Below, piece after piece: positions 36,477 to 46,845 of a stretch of DNA of 64,000 nt. This DNA is from Chitinophagales bacterium (lineage in GTDB: Bacteria; Bacteroidota; Bacteroidia; Chitinophagales; Chitinophagaceae): positions 6,723-70,722 of the forward strand of contig JBBRUR010000005.1 of assembly GCA_038247635.1 (NCBI GenBank). The letters are read 5' to 3'. Every line of letters begins with the position of its first letter. Position 1 is the stretch's first letter. The translations under genes were made by a program, and so were the position numbers. The notes below the pieces were generated by a model. That model saw nothing but the letters and a program-made list of their open reading frames with translations. It ran no database searches and had not been told where the DNA came from.

Positions 36477-38324
36477 ATGAGCGACGATATAAAGCATGAA
36501 TGCGGCCTGGCATTTGTTAGGCTAAGAAAGCCTTTTTCGTACTACCTGCAACAACATACAACTGTTATGTATGGCCTTAACAAGCTATACCTGCTAATGG
36601 AAAAACAGCACAACCGCGGCCAGGATGGCGCCGGTATTGCGGCTGTAAAGCTGGATGTTGCCCCCGGAAACCCGTTTTTACACCGCGTACGCAGCAATGC
36701 CCCCCAGCCAATTGCCAATTTGTTTTTAAATATTGGGGAGGCAGTAAACGAACTGGTAAAGTTTCAGCCCGAAATTATGCAGCACCCTGGCCTTATGAAA
36801 GGGCATTTGCCCTTTTTGGGCGAGTTATTGCTTGGCCACCTCCGCTACGGAACGCAAGGTAAAAACAAGGTAGAATTTTGCCATCCGTTTGTAAAACGCG
36901 ACAATGCCCCTGCCCGCAACATAGCCCTTGCAGGCAATTTTAACCTCGTAAATACCGATGAGCTTTTTGACCTGATACAGTTTAACAAAGGCGAATTTTC
37001 GAAGCAAAGCGACCTGGCAGCTATGTTAGAAGTGGTGCATCACTTTTTGGCCCGGGAAGATGAAAAAAACCCGGTTGAGCTGGATTTGGTAAGCGTTTTA
37101 AAAAAATCGACTGTTTTGTTTGATGGCGGTTTTACCATTGGAGGTTTAATAGGCAATGGCGATAGCTTTGTAATGCGGGACAAGCATGGCATACGGCCAG
37201 CCTACTATTTTATTGATGACGAGGTAGTAGTAGCAGCCAGCGAAAGAGCAGCCATTCGTACCGCTTTTAACGTAGGCGAAAACGAAGTACACGAGCTAAT
37301 GCCCGGTTGCGCACTAATAGTTAAAAGTGATGGCACCTACAGTATAGAGCAAATTTTAGAGCCTGCCGAAAGAAGGGCCTGCAGTTTTGAACGTATTTAT
37401 TTTAGCCGCGGAAGCGACGAAAAAATTTACCGCGAACGCATTGCCCTTGGCCACCACCTAAGCGAACCCGTACTAAACGCTATTGAGTACGACCTTAAGA
37501 ATACTATTTTTAGTTACATACCCAACACTGCCGAGGTTGCCTATATTGGCCTTTGTAAGGGCATGGAAGATTATTTGAACAAGACCAAAGTTCAGCGCAT
37601 ATTGAGTTGGGGTGGCGATATGGACCAGGAAAAGCTTTCGGCCGTTATAAATCGCAAAATCAGGCAGGAAAAAATAGCCATAAAGGATGTGAAACTTCGC
37701 ACTTTTATTACCGAAGACAGCAACCGAAACGAAATGGTGCAGCACGTATACGACATTACCTACGGCACCGTACGCAATGGCAAGGATACACTGGTGGTAA
37801 TTGATGATAGCATAGTAAGGGGTACCACATTAAAGGAAAGTATTGTTAGAATGTTGGCCCGGCTATCGCCTAAAAAAATACTTGTAATATCGTCGGCACC
37901 GCAAATACGCTACCCCGACTGTTATGGTATTGATATGAGTAAGATGGGCGATTTTATTGCGTTTAAGGCCGCCATTGAACTGCTAAAAGAAAGAAATATG
38001 CTTTGTACACTTGATGAGGTGTACGAAAAATGCAAGGAAATGCAGCGCATCAACCAATTGCATTGCGAAAATGCAGTAAGGCTGATATACAAACCATTTA
38101 GCCCGCAGCAAATTTCGGACAAAATAGCGCAGTTAATAACACCGGCTGATGTTGACATACCGGTACAGGTAATTTATCAAACCATAGAAGACCTGCATGA
38201 AAGTTGCCCAACCAATACCGGCGACTGGTATTTTACCGGCAACTATCCCACCCCTGGTGGTAACCGCGTAGTAAACAAGGCTTTTATGAACTATATGGAA
38301 GGAAAAGACGTGAGGGGCTACTAA
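36477..38324 (+). CDS. purF: amidophosphoribosyltransferase (long Bacteroidota type, class II glutamine amidotransferase)
   Basis: ORF trimmed to ATG 36477. Short propeptide then the Ntn Cys (MSDDIKHE|CGLAFVRL). HNRGQDGAGIA. PRPP-binding loop LVVIDDSIVRGTT. Confidence 0.85.
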   Translation: MSDDIKHECGLAFVRLRKPFSYYLQQHTTVMYGLNKLYLLMEKQHNRGQDGAGIAAVKLDVAPGNPFLHRVRSNAPQPIANLFLNIGEAVNELVKFQPEIMQHPGLMKGHLPFLGELLLGHLRYGTQGKNKVEFCHPFVKRDNAPARNIALAGNFNLVNTDELFDLIQFNKGEFSKQSDLAAMLEVVHHFLAREDEKNPVELDLVSVLKKSTVLFDGGFTIGGLIGNGDSFVMRDKHGIRPAYYFIDDEVVVAASERAAIRTAFNVGENEVHELMPGCALIVKSDGTYSIEQILEPAERRACSFERIYFSRGSDEKIYRERIALGHHLSEPVLNAIEYDLKNTIFSYIPNTAEVAYIGLCKGMEDYLNKTKVQRILSWGGDMDQEKLSAVINRKIRQEKIAIKDVKLRTFITEDSNRNEMVQHVYDITYGTVRNGKDTLVVIDDSIVRGTTLKESIVRMLARLSPKKILVISSAPQIRYPDCYGIDMSKMGDFIAFKAAIELLKERNMLCTLDEVYEKCKEMQRINQLHCENAVRLIYKPFSPQQISDKIAQLITPADVDIPVQVIYQTIEDLHESCPTNTGDWYFTGNYPTPGGNRVVNKAFMNYMEGKDVRGY

Positions 38325-38381
38325 GCGCAGGTATTTTATGTAGTTTTCATTTTAAACTTACCATCTTTTAAACTTCTGCTT

Positions 38382-38873
38382 ATGAAACAGCTACTATTGA
38401 TAAGGCATGCAAAAAGCAGTTGGAATTTTATAGATACGAACGATTTTGACCGGCCATTAAATAACCGGGGGCTGAGAGATGCCCCCATGATGGCCAAACG
38501 GCTGGTTGAAAAAAAGATTGCGCCCGACGCTTTAATAAGTAGCCCGGCCAAAAGGGCCATTTCTACTGCGCGGATATTTGCCGATATATTGAACATAAAA
38601 AATAGTCGGCTTATAGAAATCCCCACGCTGTACGAAGCCACGGTGGAAATTTTTTACCAGCAAATAAACCAGTTAAGCGATGATCATAATACGATATTGG
38701 TGTTTTCGCATAATACTGGTATCACCGATTTCTGTAATTCGCTTACTGCGGCCAGGGTTGACAATGTACCTACCTGCGGCATTTTTGCAGTAAAAATAGC
38801 CATTCAACATTGGGCTGATTTTGAAAATACCAGGAAAGATTTTTGGTTTTTTGATTATCCTAAAATCGTTTAA
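38382..38873 (+). CDS. histidine phosphatase family protein (SixA-like)
   Basis: RHG-type motif LLLIRHAKSSW...R.L..RG, then a later FSHN. Confidence 0.8.
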   Translation: MKQLLLIRHAKSSWNFIDTNDFDRPLNNRGLRDAPMMAKRLVEKKIAPDALISSPAKRAISTARIFADILNIKNSRLIEIPTLYEATVEIFYQQINQLSDDHNTILVFSHNTGITDFCNSLTAARVDNVPTCGIFAVKIAIQHWADFENTRKDFWFFDYPKIV

Positions 38874-38882
38874 CCGGGAGGT

Positions 38883-39689
38883 TTACTTCGTTTTTCGTTT
38901 TTGGGCAAACATCCAGCTAAACAAATCAGGCTCGGCAAATGCGGGGTCCCAACTGTTATGATTGGCATTGGGGTATAGGGTTAGTTGCACTTTTGCGCCC
39001 GCCTGCTTTAATGCCAAAGCTATGGTTTGGCTAAAGGCGGGAGGTACTACATCGTCTTTCAAGCCATGAAATAGCCACCATGCGGTGTTTTTAATAACAG
39101 CTGCTGACGCAGGGTTAGCACCGCCACAAATAGCTACAGCCGCCGCAAATGTATTGGGCTTTCGGTACACCAACTCAAAAGTGCCCATGCCACCCATTGA
39201 AAGGCCGGCCACATATACCTGTTGGCGGTTTACTGGCAGGCGTTGCAAAATATTATCTACCAAAAAAGTAAGTAACTGCATGGGTTGCGACGGAGGGCCG
39301 CCTTTTATAAAATAAAAAGTTCGCTGTAGCGTTGGTTCATTTTGCAGTATGGTAGGTACATTGCTCCAGTAATTGTTGGCCGGGCATTGCGGAAAAACCA
39401 CAAAGGCAGGGTAGTTATCGCGAATACTATCCAGCAAAAACATTTTACTGCCGTGCGTTAATTGCCTTTGGTTGTCAGTGCCACTTTCGCCCCGGCCATG
39501 CAAAAAGAACACTATCGGGTAGGTCTTTTTTTCCTCGTAATTTTTAGGAAACAATAACCTGTAGGGCAGCGTATCGCCGCCCATAATGAAAATCTCTTTT
39601 TGATACAGTGACAGGTCTTGCGCAACAGTGGATGCTACACCACCAAAGCATACCATCACCCAAAAAATACCAACCGTTATTTTACCCAT
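38883..39689 (-). CDS. secreted serine esterase (prolyl oligopeptidase/carboxylesterase-type alpha/beta hydrolase)
   Basis: Signal peptide. FFLHGRGESG, nucleophile elbow GLSMGG, and a late HG/H (WLFHGLKDDVV, ANHNSW). It is the last gene of the PUL-oriented block. Confidence 0.7.
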   Translation of the reverse strand: MGKITVGIFWVMVCFGGVASTVAQDLSLYQKEIFIMGGDTLPYRLLFPKNYEEKKTYPIVFFLHGRGESGTDNQRQLTHGSKMFLLDSIRDNYPAFVVFPQCPANNYWSNVPTILQNEPTLQRTFYFIKGGPPSQPMQLLTFLVDNILQRLPVNRQQVYVAGLSMGGMGTFELVYRKPNTFAAAVAICGGANPASAAVIKNTAWWLFHGLKDDVVPPAFSQTIALALKQAGAKVQLTLYPNANHNSWDPAFAEPDLFSWMFAQKRKTK

Positions 39690-39731
39690 GTCTACTTTTT
39701 AATCTTTTCCTAAAGGCATTTGCATCGGGCT

Positions 39732-42032
39732 TTATTTCTGTAGTTCAAGGGTAACCTCCTTTACATCCTGCGAGTTTCCGCCAATCATAATTTTAAACTC
39801 GCCTGGCTCGTATATTGGTTTTAGATTGCCACCAATAAAGGTTAGGTCATTTACAGTAATCGGGAACTTTACGGTTTTGGTTTCGCCCGCCTTTAGCATT
39901 ATTTTTTGAAAGCCTTTTAATTTTTTAACAGCTGGAGTAATGGAGGCATACACATCTCTTATGTAAAGCTGCACAGTTTCCTCGCCATTGTATTTACCGG
40001 TGTTGGTAATATTTACCGATGCGGTAATTTCGTCGGCAGGCTTCATTAGGTTACTGCTTAGGGTAACATTGCCGTAAGCAAAGCTGGTATAGCTTAGCCC
40101 ATAACCAAAAGGAAACAAAGGCTCGTTAGAAACATCGAGGTAATTTGATTTAAACTTTTGGGTGGGACTACCCTGGGTTTGCGGCCTGCCGGTGTTTTTA
40201 TGATTGTAATAGATAGGTATTTGCCCCACATTTTGCGGAAAGGTCATGGTTAGTTTACCCGACGGGTTATAATTACCAAACAATACATCGGCAATAGCAT
40301 TACCCGCCTCGTGGCCCTGGAACCAGGCAAATAAGATGGCGGAGGCTACGTCATTTTCCATGTTTAATACTAAAGGCCTGCCACTCATTATTACCAATAC
40401 CAATGGTTTACCGGTGTTGGCCAGTGCCTTTATTAATTTTTGCTGGCTTTCGGGTATAGTAATATCCGACCGGCTTGCAGCTTCACCAGTCATTTCGCTG
40501 GCCTCGCCTACTACTGCCACAATTACATTGGCGCGACTGGCTACCGCCACAGCTTCGCTTATTAACTGGTTGGCATTGCGGTTACTGTCTATGCTTGCGC
40601 GGGTGCCAAAAACGTTTACGTGTTTTGCCAACAAAGTATCGTCGGTAATATTGGCGCCTTTTGCGTACACTATGTTTACACCTGCGCCTGCCACATTTTT
40701 TAAACCTTCCAATACGGTTACCGAAGTACTTGCATCGCCACTAACGGCCCAGGTACCCAGCATATTACTTTTGTCGTTGGCCAGTGGGCCTATCAATGCA
40801 ATAGTTCCCGATTTTTGTAGTGGCAACAAATTATTATTGTTTTTTAGCAGCACCGATGCATGGGTGCCAAATTCGCGGGCAGCCTGGCGGTTGGCAGGGC
40901 TTAACACTTCGGCTTTGGTCCTTTCGCTATTGGTAAACCTGTAGGGATTTTTAAAAAGACCGAGCTTATATTTTGCTTCCAACACTCTTCTGCAGGCTGC
41001 GTCAAGCTGGCTTTTTTTAACTTTCCCCTCATCAAGTGATTTTTTCAGAGTCTTTAAAAACCCCTCGCCTACCATATCCATATCGGTGCCTGAGGTTAAA
41101 GCCATGGCTGAAACTGCCTGCAGGTCACCCATACCATGGTCAATCATTTCGTTAATGGAAGTATAGTCGGTAACTACAAAGCCGTTAAAGCCCCACTGTT
41201 TGCGTAACAGGTCGGTTAGTAGCCACTCATTACCGGTAGCAGGAATTCCATCTACATCGTTAAAGGAGGTCATAATGCTTCCAACGCCAGCATCCACCGC
41301 TGCTTTGTACGGCGGCAGATAATATTCATACATTTTAGTACGGCTCATGTCAACAGAATTGTAATCGCGGCCGCCCTCTACGGCTCCATACAGTGCAAAG
41401 TGCTTTACGCAGGCCATTACCGAAGTACTATCGGTATTTATGTTGTTGCCCTGGTAGCCCTGCACCATAGCCTTTGCTATTTGCGATCCCAAAAAAGGAT
41501 CTTCGCCACTGCCCTCGGCTACACGGCCCCAGCGGGGGTCACGTGCAATATCTACCATTGGCGAAAAAACCCAGTTAAGCCCATCAGCAGAGGCTTCCCT
41601 GCCAGCCAACACGGCGCTTTGCTTTATAAGTGCTGTATCCCAACTACAAGCCAGGCCCAAGGGTATGGGAAAGCTTGTTTTATACCCATGTATAACATCG
41701 GAACCAAATATTAAAGGAATTTTTAGCCTGCTGTTGTTAACGGCCAACTCCTGCGCCAGCCTAATTTTATCTACCCCAATAACACCAAACAAACCTCCTA
41801 CTTCGCCAGCTTTAATTTTTGCTTCCACATCGCTGCTTACCACCGAACCTGTAAGCACTCCACCGCCGGGCGTTACCAAATTTAATTGCCCTATTTTTTC
41901 TTCAAGGGTCATTTTTGCCATCAGGTTACCTACAAAGGAATCCATATTGTTATCGGCAATCATGGCCGTTTTGCAGGCGTTGAAAACAAAACTTCCTACT
42001 AATAAAACTATAAGGGTGATACTTCTTTTCAT
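39732..42032 (-). CDS. bglX: glycoside hydrolase family 3 beta-glucosidase
   Basis: ORF trimmed to ATG 42032 (MKRSITLIVLLVGS.. signal). GH3 motifs EEKIGQL, GRDPRWGR-like RDPRWGRVAEGSGEDP, KHFALYG and GFVVTDY (nucleophile Asp), plus a C-terminal Fn3-like domain. Confidence 0.9.
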   Translation of the reverse strand: MKRSITLIVLLVGSFVFNACKTAMIADNNMDSFVGNLMAKMTLEEKIGQLNLVTPGGGVLTGSVVSSDVEAKIKAGEVGGLFGVIGVDKIRLAQELAVNNSRLKIPLIFGSDVIHGYKTSFPIPLGLACSWDTALIKQSAVLAGREASADGLNWVFSPMVDIARDPRWGRVAEGSGEDPFLGSQIAKAMVQGYQGNNINTDSTSVMACVKHFALYGAVEGGRDYNSVDMSRTKMYEYYLPPYKAAVDAGVGSIMTSFNDVDGIPATGNEWLLTDLLRKQWGFNGFVVTDYTSINEMIDHGMGDLQAVSAMALTSGTDMDMVGEGFLKTLKKSLDEGKVKKSQLDAACRRVLEAKYKLGLFKNPYRFTNSERTKAEVLSPANRQAAREFGTHASVLLKNNNNLLPLQKSGTIALIGPLANDKSNMLGTWAVSGDASTSVTVLEGLKNVAGAGVNIVYAKGANITDDTLLAKHVNVFGTRASIDSNRNANQLISEAVAVASRANVIVAVVGEASEMTGEAASRSDITIPESQQKLIKALANTGKPLVLVIMSGRPLVLNMENDVASAILFAWFQGHEAGNAIADVLFGNYNPSGKLTMTFPQNVGQIPIYYNHKNTGRPQTQGSPTQKFKSNYLDVSNEPLFPFGYGLSYTSFAYGNVTLSSNLMKPADEITASVNITNTGKYNGEETVQLYIRDVYASITPAVKKLKGFQKIMLKAGETKTVKFPITVNDLTFIGGNLKPIYEPGEFKIMIGGNSQDVKEVTLELQK

Positions 42033-42043
42033 TTTAGCGGGAT

Positions 42044-42712
42044 TTATGATTTTAACAAATAGGGCTTGATCGCATTTTGCCAAATGGCATATCCTTTTTG
42101 GTTCATATGCAGGTTATCGCTTAAAAAAATGGAAGGGTCGGCCTTGCAATTTGGCAGCAGCATTTTATTAAACACATCTACATACCCCGCTTTTACCTGC
42201 TTTTTTATAAAGTTTTTGATTAAGGCATTAGCGGCCATCATTTTTGGCATCAGCATTTCGCGTCTGGGGCTTGGTTTTATGGAAACAAATAAAATATGGG
42301 TTTGCGGCAGGTTTTTACGAATAATGTTGAAAAGTTGCACAAAGCGGTTTCTTACCTCAACCGCCGATACGGTATCGGACGAGGCAAGGTCGTTATCGCC
42401 ACAGTAAATCACAATTTGTTTTGGTTTGTAAGGAAGTATAACCTCGTTAGCAAAATAAATAAGGTCGGTAATACAAGATCCGCCAAAGGCTCTGTTAAGG
42501 ATGGTGTGTTCGGGAAAATCGTTTTGAACATTATTCCATTTTGTAAAAGATGAACTGCCGGTAAACAGGATACTGCCTGTAGGTGGCTGCTCCTTTTTAT
42601 CCAACTCTTTAAATACGAATACCTCCCGGTCAAAAGCATGTTGCGCCCACAAACAATTTACCATAGAAACCAGGCAAATGATTGCCAAAAACTTTTTTAT
42701 ATAGGCAGGCAT
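42044..42712 (-). CDS. SGNH/GDSL-type esterase
   Basis: Signal peptide. Block I FTGSSS, block III/V GDND and DNLHMNQKGY. Confidence 0.8.
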   Translation of the reverse strand: MPAYIKKFLAIICLVSMVNCLWAQHAFDREVFVFKELDKKEQPPTGSILFTGSSSFTKWNNVQNDFPEHTILNRAFGGSCITDLIYFANEVILPYKPKQIVIYCGDNDLASSDTVSAVEVRNRFVQLFNIIRKNLPQTHILFVSIKPSPRREMLMPKMMAANALIKNFIKKQVKAGYVDVFNKMLLPNCKADPSIFLSDNLHMNQKGYAIWQNAIKPYLLKS

Positions 42713-42858
42713 AGTCGTTATTTAAAATGGTAAATATAATTGCTAAGCTACTACGTGCAGGCCTTAGCGGGAATCAAATAAATTACCATAAAACCATAAT
42801 AGCCGCAATAGCTGCGTTTACTGTATGCAATTTACCGGCCGTAAAACGTTGGCGGCGG

Positions 42859-44214
42859 TTATAAGGCCGGGCTGGTAAAGCCAAGTTTTGTTAACCCCTG
42901 TTTTACTTCGGGGCAGCTCATAAAAAGTTTCCACAACAGGCCGGAGCGATAGTTTTCCATCATTACCACAATGGGGCCCTGATCAATAGCCAGGTACCTT
43001 TGCGGGTACCAGCTATCGGTTTCGCTAAAGGCATCGTAAAAACCATAGGCTCCAAACAGGCCGCTCATGGTGCTGTACCAATAGTTCATGGCTTGTAAAC
43101 TGAATTGTGGAGTATACGGCATTGATGACAAAGCAGCAGTGGGCGAAATTACGCCAAGGTCGGTGGTGGGTCCGGGCATGTGAGCGTTGTAACCTTTTAC
43201 CGAATAGCTGGCGGTAAGGCCCCAGCTATTGTTACTATACCCTTTAAAATTATTAGGATTATCTACACACCAGTCGTGGTTAATAAGGGTTTGATTGATG
43301 TTGTTTTGACCATAATCGGCATACTTGTCTTTTAACCCCCGGGGATCGAGGCCGAGGTAGGAATAATGCGCCCAGAACAAAGGCCCGCCATATTTTTGTG
43401 CGCCATTGTGCGACAACGTTAAGGTATGACCGTATTGTGTGGAGGTATCCCTTATTTTTCCGTTTTGTGCCCAGCCTTGATTGTATACCTCAACAGGTAT
43501 ACTGTGCGTGGGCGATGATGCTGCCAGCACATACATAATTAAACACTCATTATACCCTGTAACCGGAAAGTTCATTTCCCATGCATATTGCGGCGACCAA
43601 TGCCAGTACAGTACATTTTTACCATTTCTGTACCATGTAAAATCCACCTCTTTCCAAAGTTTATCTATTTTACCCGCAAGCGCTTTTTCGCTGTTGTTTC
43701 CGTTTGCAAAATATTGGCGTACAGTTAAAAGCCCCTGTAGCAAAAACGACGACTCAACCAGGTCGCCCCCATTGTCTTTTTGGCCAAATGGTTTTACCCC
43801 GCCCGTTTCGCCATTTATCCAATGTGGCCATGCGCCATGAAAACGGTCGGCCTTTTCTAAAAAGTTTATTATTCGTTCAAATCGCTCAAGGCCTTGTTGG
43901 CGGGTTATAAACCCTCGCTCTATGCCTACCAAAATGGCCATAACCCCAAAGCCACTACCACCGGTGGTGACTATATTTTTATCGTTTTGCGGGTAAACAT
44001 CATCCATATGTATACGTTCGCGGGCAAGGCCGCTGTTGGGTTCGGCGCCCTGCCAAAAATATTGAAACGTATTGTACTGTACCCGGTAAAAAACACTGTC
44101 GGTACTTTGCACAGCGGCTGAGACTGTAACACTTTTGGCCTTACGGCCGGTACTACAGCAAACCACAGTGGCCAGGGTTACGATACTTAGCAAAAGCTGG
44201 TGTAATTTTTTCAT
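42859..44214 (-). CDS. 'glucoamylase-family' (PF10091 / GH144-like) putative endo-beta-1,2-glucanase
   Basis: Lipoprotein signal (..VVCCSTG). Motifs I associate with the family are GGSGFGVMAILVGIERGFITR, HGAWPHW, DLVESSFLLQGLL, YWHWSP, GYNECLIMYVLA and YLAIDQGPIVVMMENYRSGLLWKLFM. It is a paralog of 45034..46701. Confidence 0.65.
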   Translation of the reverse strand: MKKLHQLLLSIVTLATVVCCSTGRKAKSVTVSAAVQSTDSVFYRVQYNTFQYFWQGAEPNSGLARERIHMDDVYPQNDKNIVTTGGSGFGVMAILVGIERGFITRQQGLERFERIINFLEKADRFHGAWPHWINGETGGVKPFGQKDNGGDLVESSFLLQGLLTVRQYFANGNNSEKALAGKIDKLWKEVDFTWYRNGKNVLYWHWSPQYAWEMNFPVTGYNECLIMYVLAASSPTHSIPVEVYNQGWAQNGKIRDTSTQYGHTLTLSHNGAQKYGGPLFWAHYSYLGLDPRGLKDKYADYGQNNINQTLINHDWCVDNPNNFKGYSNNSWGLTASYSVKGYNAHMPGPTTDLGVISPTAALSSMPYTPQFSLQAMNYWYSTMSGLFGAYGFYDAFSETDSWYPQRYLAIDQGPIVVMMENYRSGLLWKLFMSCPEVKQGLTKLGFTSPAL

Positions 44215-44270
44215 AACAGCAGTTATTATAATTTACAAACAAGCCAGCGTTGTAAACGGGCGCACGGTTT

Positions 44271-44693
44271 TCACTTTTGTAGGCGGCCCCCAAACACATA
44301 CTGGTCGGCGCTTGCCGCGCCAGGGCCACAAAATATAAAAACCAGGGCAAGCAACACAAATAAAAAAGGATGCTGATCGCCATACCAAATTTGGCCCTTG
44401 CCAATAAAAAATATGATGAATAACATGGTACCCGCCAGCAACACCGCAGCTAAACGGGTAAACAAGCCAAGGGTAAGTAAAATACCTATAAGCAGTTCGG
44501 TGGCCTTACCAAGGTATGTTATGGTTAGTGGCGACGAATATTGTTTGAAACTATCCCAGGCGGCGTAGCTTTTAATTAGCGCACTATCAAAAACCTCCCA
44601 ACCATGGTACACCATTAACAAACCCACTATTACTCTAACAAAAGCCATTCCCCTGTTTTGCCACAGGGGCAATGGCGACAAAAATGTATGCAT
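44271..44693 (-). CDS. DoxX-family membrane protein
   Basis: Four TM helices. AFVRVIVGLLMVYHGWEVF is the typical DoxX opening. Confidence 0.75.
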   Translation of the reverse strand: MHTFLSPLPLWQNRGMAFVRVIVGLLMVYHGWEVFDSALIKSYAAWDSFKQYSSPLTITYLGKATELLIGILLTLGLFTRLAAVLLAGTMLFIIFFIGKGQIWYGDQHPFLFVLLALVFIFCGPGAASADQYVFGGRLQK

Positions 44694-45033
44694 ACTTAGG
44701 TATTATTTTTATGTTGTGTCGTCACTACTTCATCCTTTTTGTTCAATAAAAAATCAGCGGTTTATTTTAAGTTGTGATTTGCAGGTAAGCAATGGCTGGT
44801 TGTGTTACCAAAATTAGTGGTAACCTGCATGTTTTGTTGGGTGGCTGATCCTGTTTTTTGGCGGCCCCGTTAAAACAAAATAATATACCATTGCCCGGAT
44901 AGCGAAAAGGTTTACGGCCAGTGGTGGCCTTTATTTTCAACAGTAATATCAGCGTTTGATTTCGTTACCGTTTAATTGCAGCATTCATTACGGCTAACCT
45001 TGTTTATTATGACCTTATTTGTTACGCACATCG

Positions 45034-46701
45034 CTAAAGGTAGGGAGCAGTAAAACCAAGCTTTTTTAATCCATCTTTTACTTCGGGGCAACTCGTAAAC
45101 AGGTTCCATAATAAATTACTTCGATGGTTTTCGATCATAATGATAATGGGGCCCTGGTCTATAGCAAGAAACGAGTTTGCAAACCAGGGATCGCTTAATT
45201 TAAATGCATCCACAAAACCATACTCTTTAAAAATTTTATCGCCCAACTTGTAATAAAAAAACCTGAGTGCATCCATGGACTCTTTGGGCGTGTAAGGCAT
45301 AGAGGATAATGCAGCCGTGGGCGCAATCACGCCCACATCGTTTGTGGGCGAGCTGGCAGTGTAGCCGTTAGGAATATCGCTTGCGGTAAGCCCCCACACC
45401 TGGCTGCTGTAACCAAAATGCTGTAAGGGATTGACCACTACATAGGCGTAATTTATTTTGGTATGATTTACTGCCTGTGTTTTGTAATTGGCATATTGGT
45501 CGGTTAAACCGGTGGGGTTAATGCCCAAAAACGAGTAATGCTCAAAAAATAACGGCCCACCCAGCACTGGCCCCATGGGTAAAGAAATACCATAATAAAT
45601 ATTGTTGTTTTTTAAAGTGCCATTGCTGGCCCACCCGGCATCGTACACCGTTTTGGGTATGGTATGGGTGGTAGATGCGGCGGCCAACACATAGGTTATG
45701 AGCGCTTCATTCCAGCCCTGTACTTTTAAATTTATTTCCCAGCTAAAAGTTGGGCTCCAGTGCCAGTACAATACCTGTTGGTTGCCCTGTCTAAACCAGT
45801 CCCACTCCACACCTTTCCAAAGTTGGTTAATATCATTTCTTAAAGTTGTTTCGGCGGCATCTGCACTATTAAAGTATTGCCTGGCCGTTAGCAACCCCTG
45901 CATTAAAAACGACGTTTCAACCAGGTCGGCACCATTGTCCTTTGCGCTAAATGGTACCACCACGCCAGTAGTACCATTAAGCCAATGAGGAAAAGCACCA
46001 TGAAATTTTTGTACATTGTTTATTAGGAAGCCGGTTATTTTTTGCATGCGGGCAAGGCCCTCGGCACGGGTAATAAAATTGCGGTTTATGGCAGTTACAA
46101 TAGCCATTATACCAAAGCCCGAACCGCCCGATGTTACTATATCGCCCGATGAGTTTCGCTCGCGGGCAAGGCCTGACACGGGGTGGCCAAAATCCCAAAA
46201 ATATTTAAAGGTTTGTTGCTGCACTTTATCCATCAATGCATCATCGCTGATGCGTGGAAATTTATCGGTTGAGTCAATACCTGTATTGAAAGATACTGTG
46301 AGCGGGTTTTGTAAATTTTTATTATTAACAGATTGAAGTGAAGTGGATACTATAAGGTTATAAGCAGTAAGCCCTTTTAGTAACGATGCAGGCCGCAGTA
46401 CAATGCTGCTATCGCGGTTTTCATATGTTACATTAAACGGAACAGCAGTGCCATTTGCTTCGTTATACAAAACACCTGCACTAAGTGTAGATTGCTTTAA
46501 TGCATTATTGAACGATACTTTTATAACCGGGTTTATAGTATTTGTATTTAATACAGTGCCGTTGTAGCTACTACCATTAACCTGCACCAAACTATTAATA
46601 AAATTGGGTTCAATTTGGGGAGTGGTTGTATCGCCTGTTTTTTTTGAACACGACAATAGTAAAAACGTTGAAAGAAGTATAACAAAATGTAGTGCTTTCA
46701 T
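45034..46701 (-). CDS. 'glucoamylase-family' (GH144-like) protein with N-terminal Ig-like domain
   Basis: Lipobox LLLSC|SKK. An N-terminal domain of about 120 aa precedes the same catalytic-domain motifs: GGSGFGIMAIVTAINRNFITR, HGAFPHW, DLVETSFLMQGLL, YWHWSP, FLAIDQGPIIIMIENHRSNLLWNLF. Confidence 0.65.
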   Translation of the reverse strand: MKALHFVILLSTFLLLSCSKKTGDTTTPQIEPNFINSLVQVNGSSYNGTVLNTNTINPVIKVSFNNALKQSTLSAGVLYNEANGTAVPFNVTYENRDSSIVLRPASLLKGLTAYNLIVSTSLQSVNNKNLQNPLTVSFNTGIDSTDKFPRISDDALMDKVQQQTFKYFWDFGHPVSGLARERNSSGDIVTSGGSGFGIMAIVTAINRNFITRAEGLARMQKITGFLINNVQKFHGAFPHWLNGTTGVVVPFSAKDNGADLVETSFLMQGLLTARQYFNSADAAETTLRNDINQLWKGVEWDWFRQGNQQVLYWHWSPTFSWEINLKVQGWNEALITYVLAAASTTHTIPKTVYDAGWASNGTLKNNNIYYGISLPMGPVLGGPLFFEHYSFLGINPTGLTDQYANYKTQAVNHTKINYAYVVVNPLQHFGYSSQVWGLTASDIPNGYTASSPTNDVGVIAPTAALSSMPYTPKESMDALRFFYYKLGDKIFKEYGFVDAFKLSDPWFANSFLAIDQGPIIIMIENHRSNLLWNLFTSCPEVKDGLKKLGFTAPYL

Positions 46702-46795
46702 ATGTATATGGTTATTGCCAACTATAGTTTAAATAGGACAGCGAAATAATTATTAATTAACCATTGTACTTAACTATTTAAATAAAAATTAAGCT

Positions 46796-46823
46796 AAAAA
46801 AAGGCTGCCTGTTTAGGCAACCT
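46796..46823 (-). terminator. intrinsic terminator after the LamG gene
   Basis: AGGCTGCC-tgttta-GGCAACCT (7 of 8 positions pair), flanked by an A-run and a T-run. The A-run gives the U-tract for the minus-strand transcript. Confidence 0.6.
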
Positions 46824-46845
46824 TTTTTTAGTTTGCTGCCTGGTT

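Noticed and set aside
38336-38641. 101-aa minus-strand ORF opposite the SixA-like phosphatase
   Set aside because: It is antisense to a gene with a clear histidine-phosphatase motif, and its sequence is not protein-like.
44153-44404. 83-aa minus-strand ORF spanning the GH144/DoxX junction
   Set aside because: It overlaps the 5' end of the glucanase gene and the 3' end of the DoxX gene in other frames. Both neighbours are better supported.
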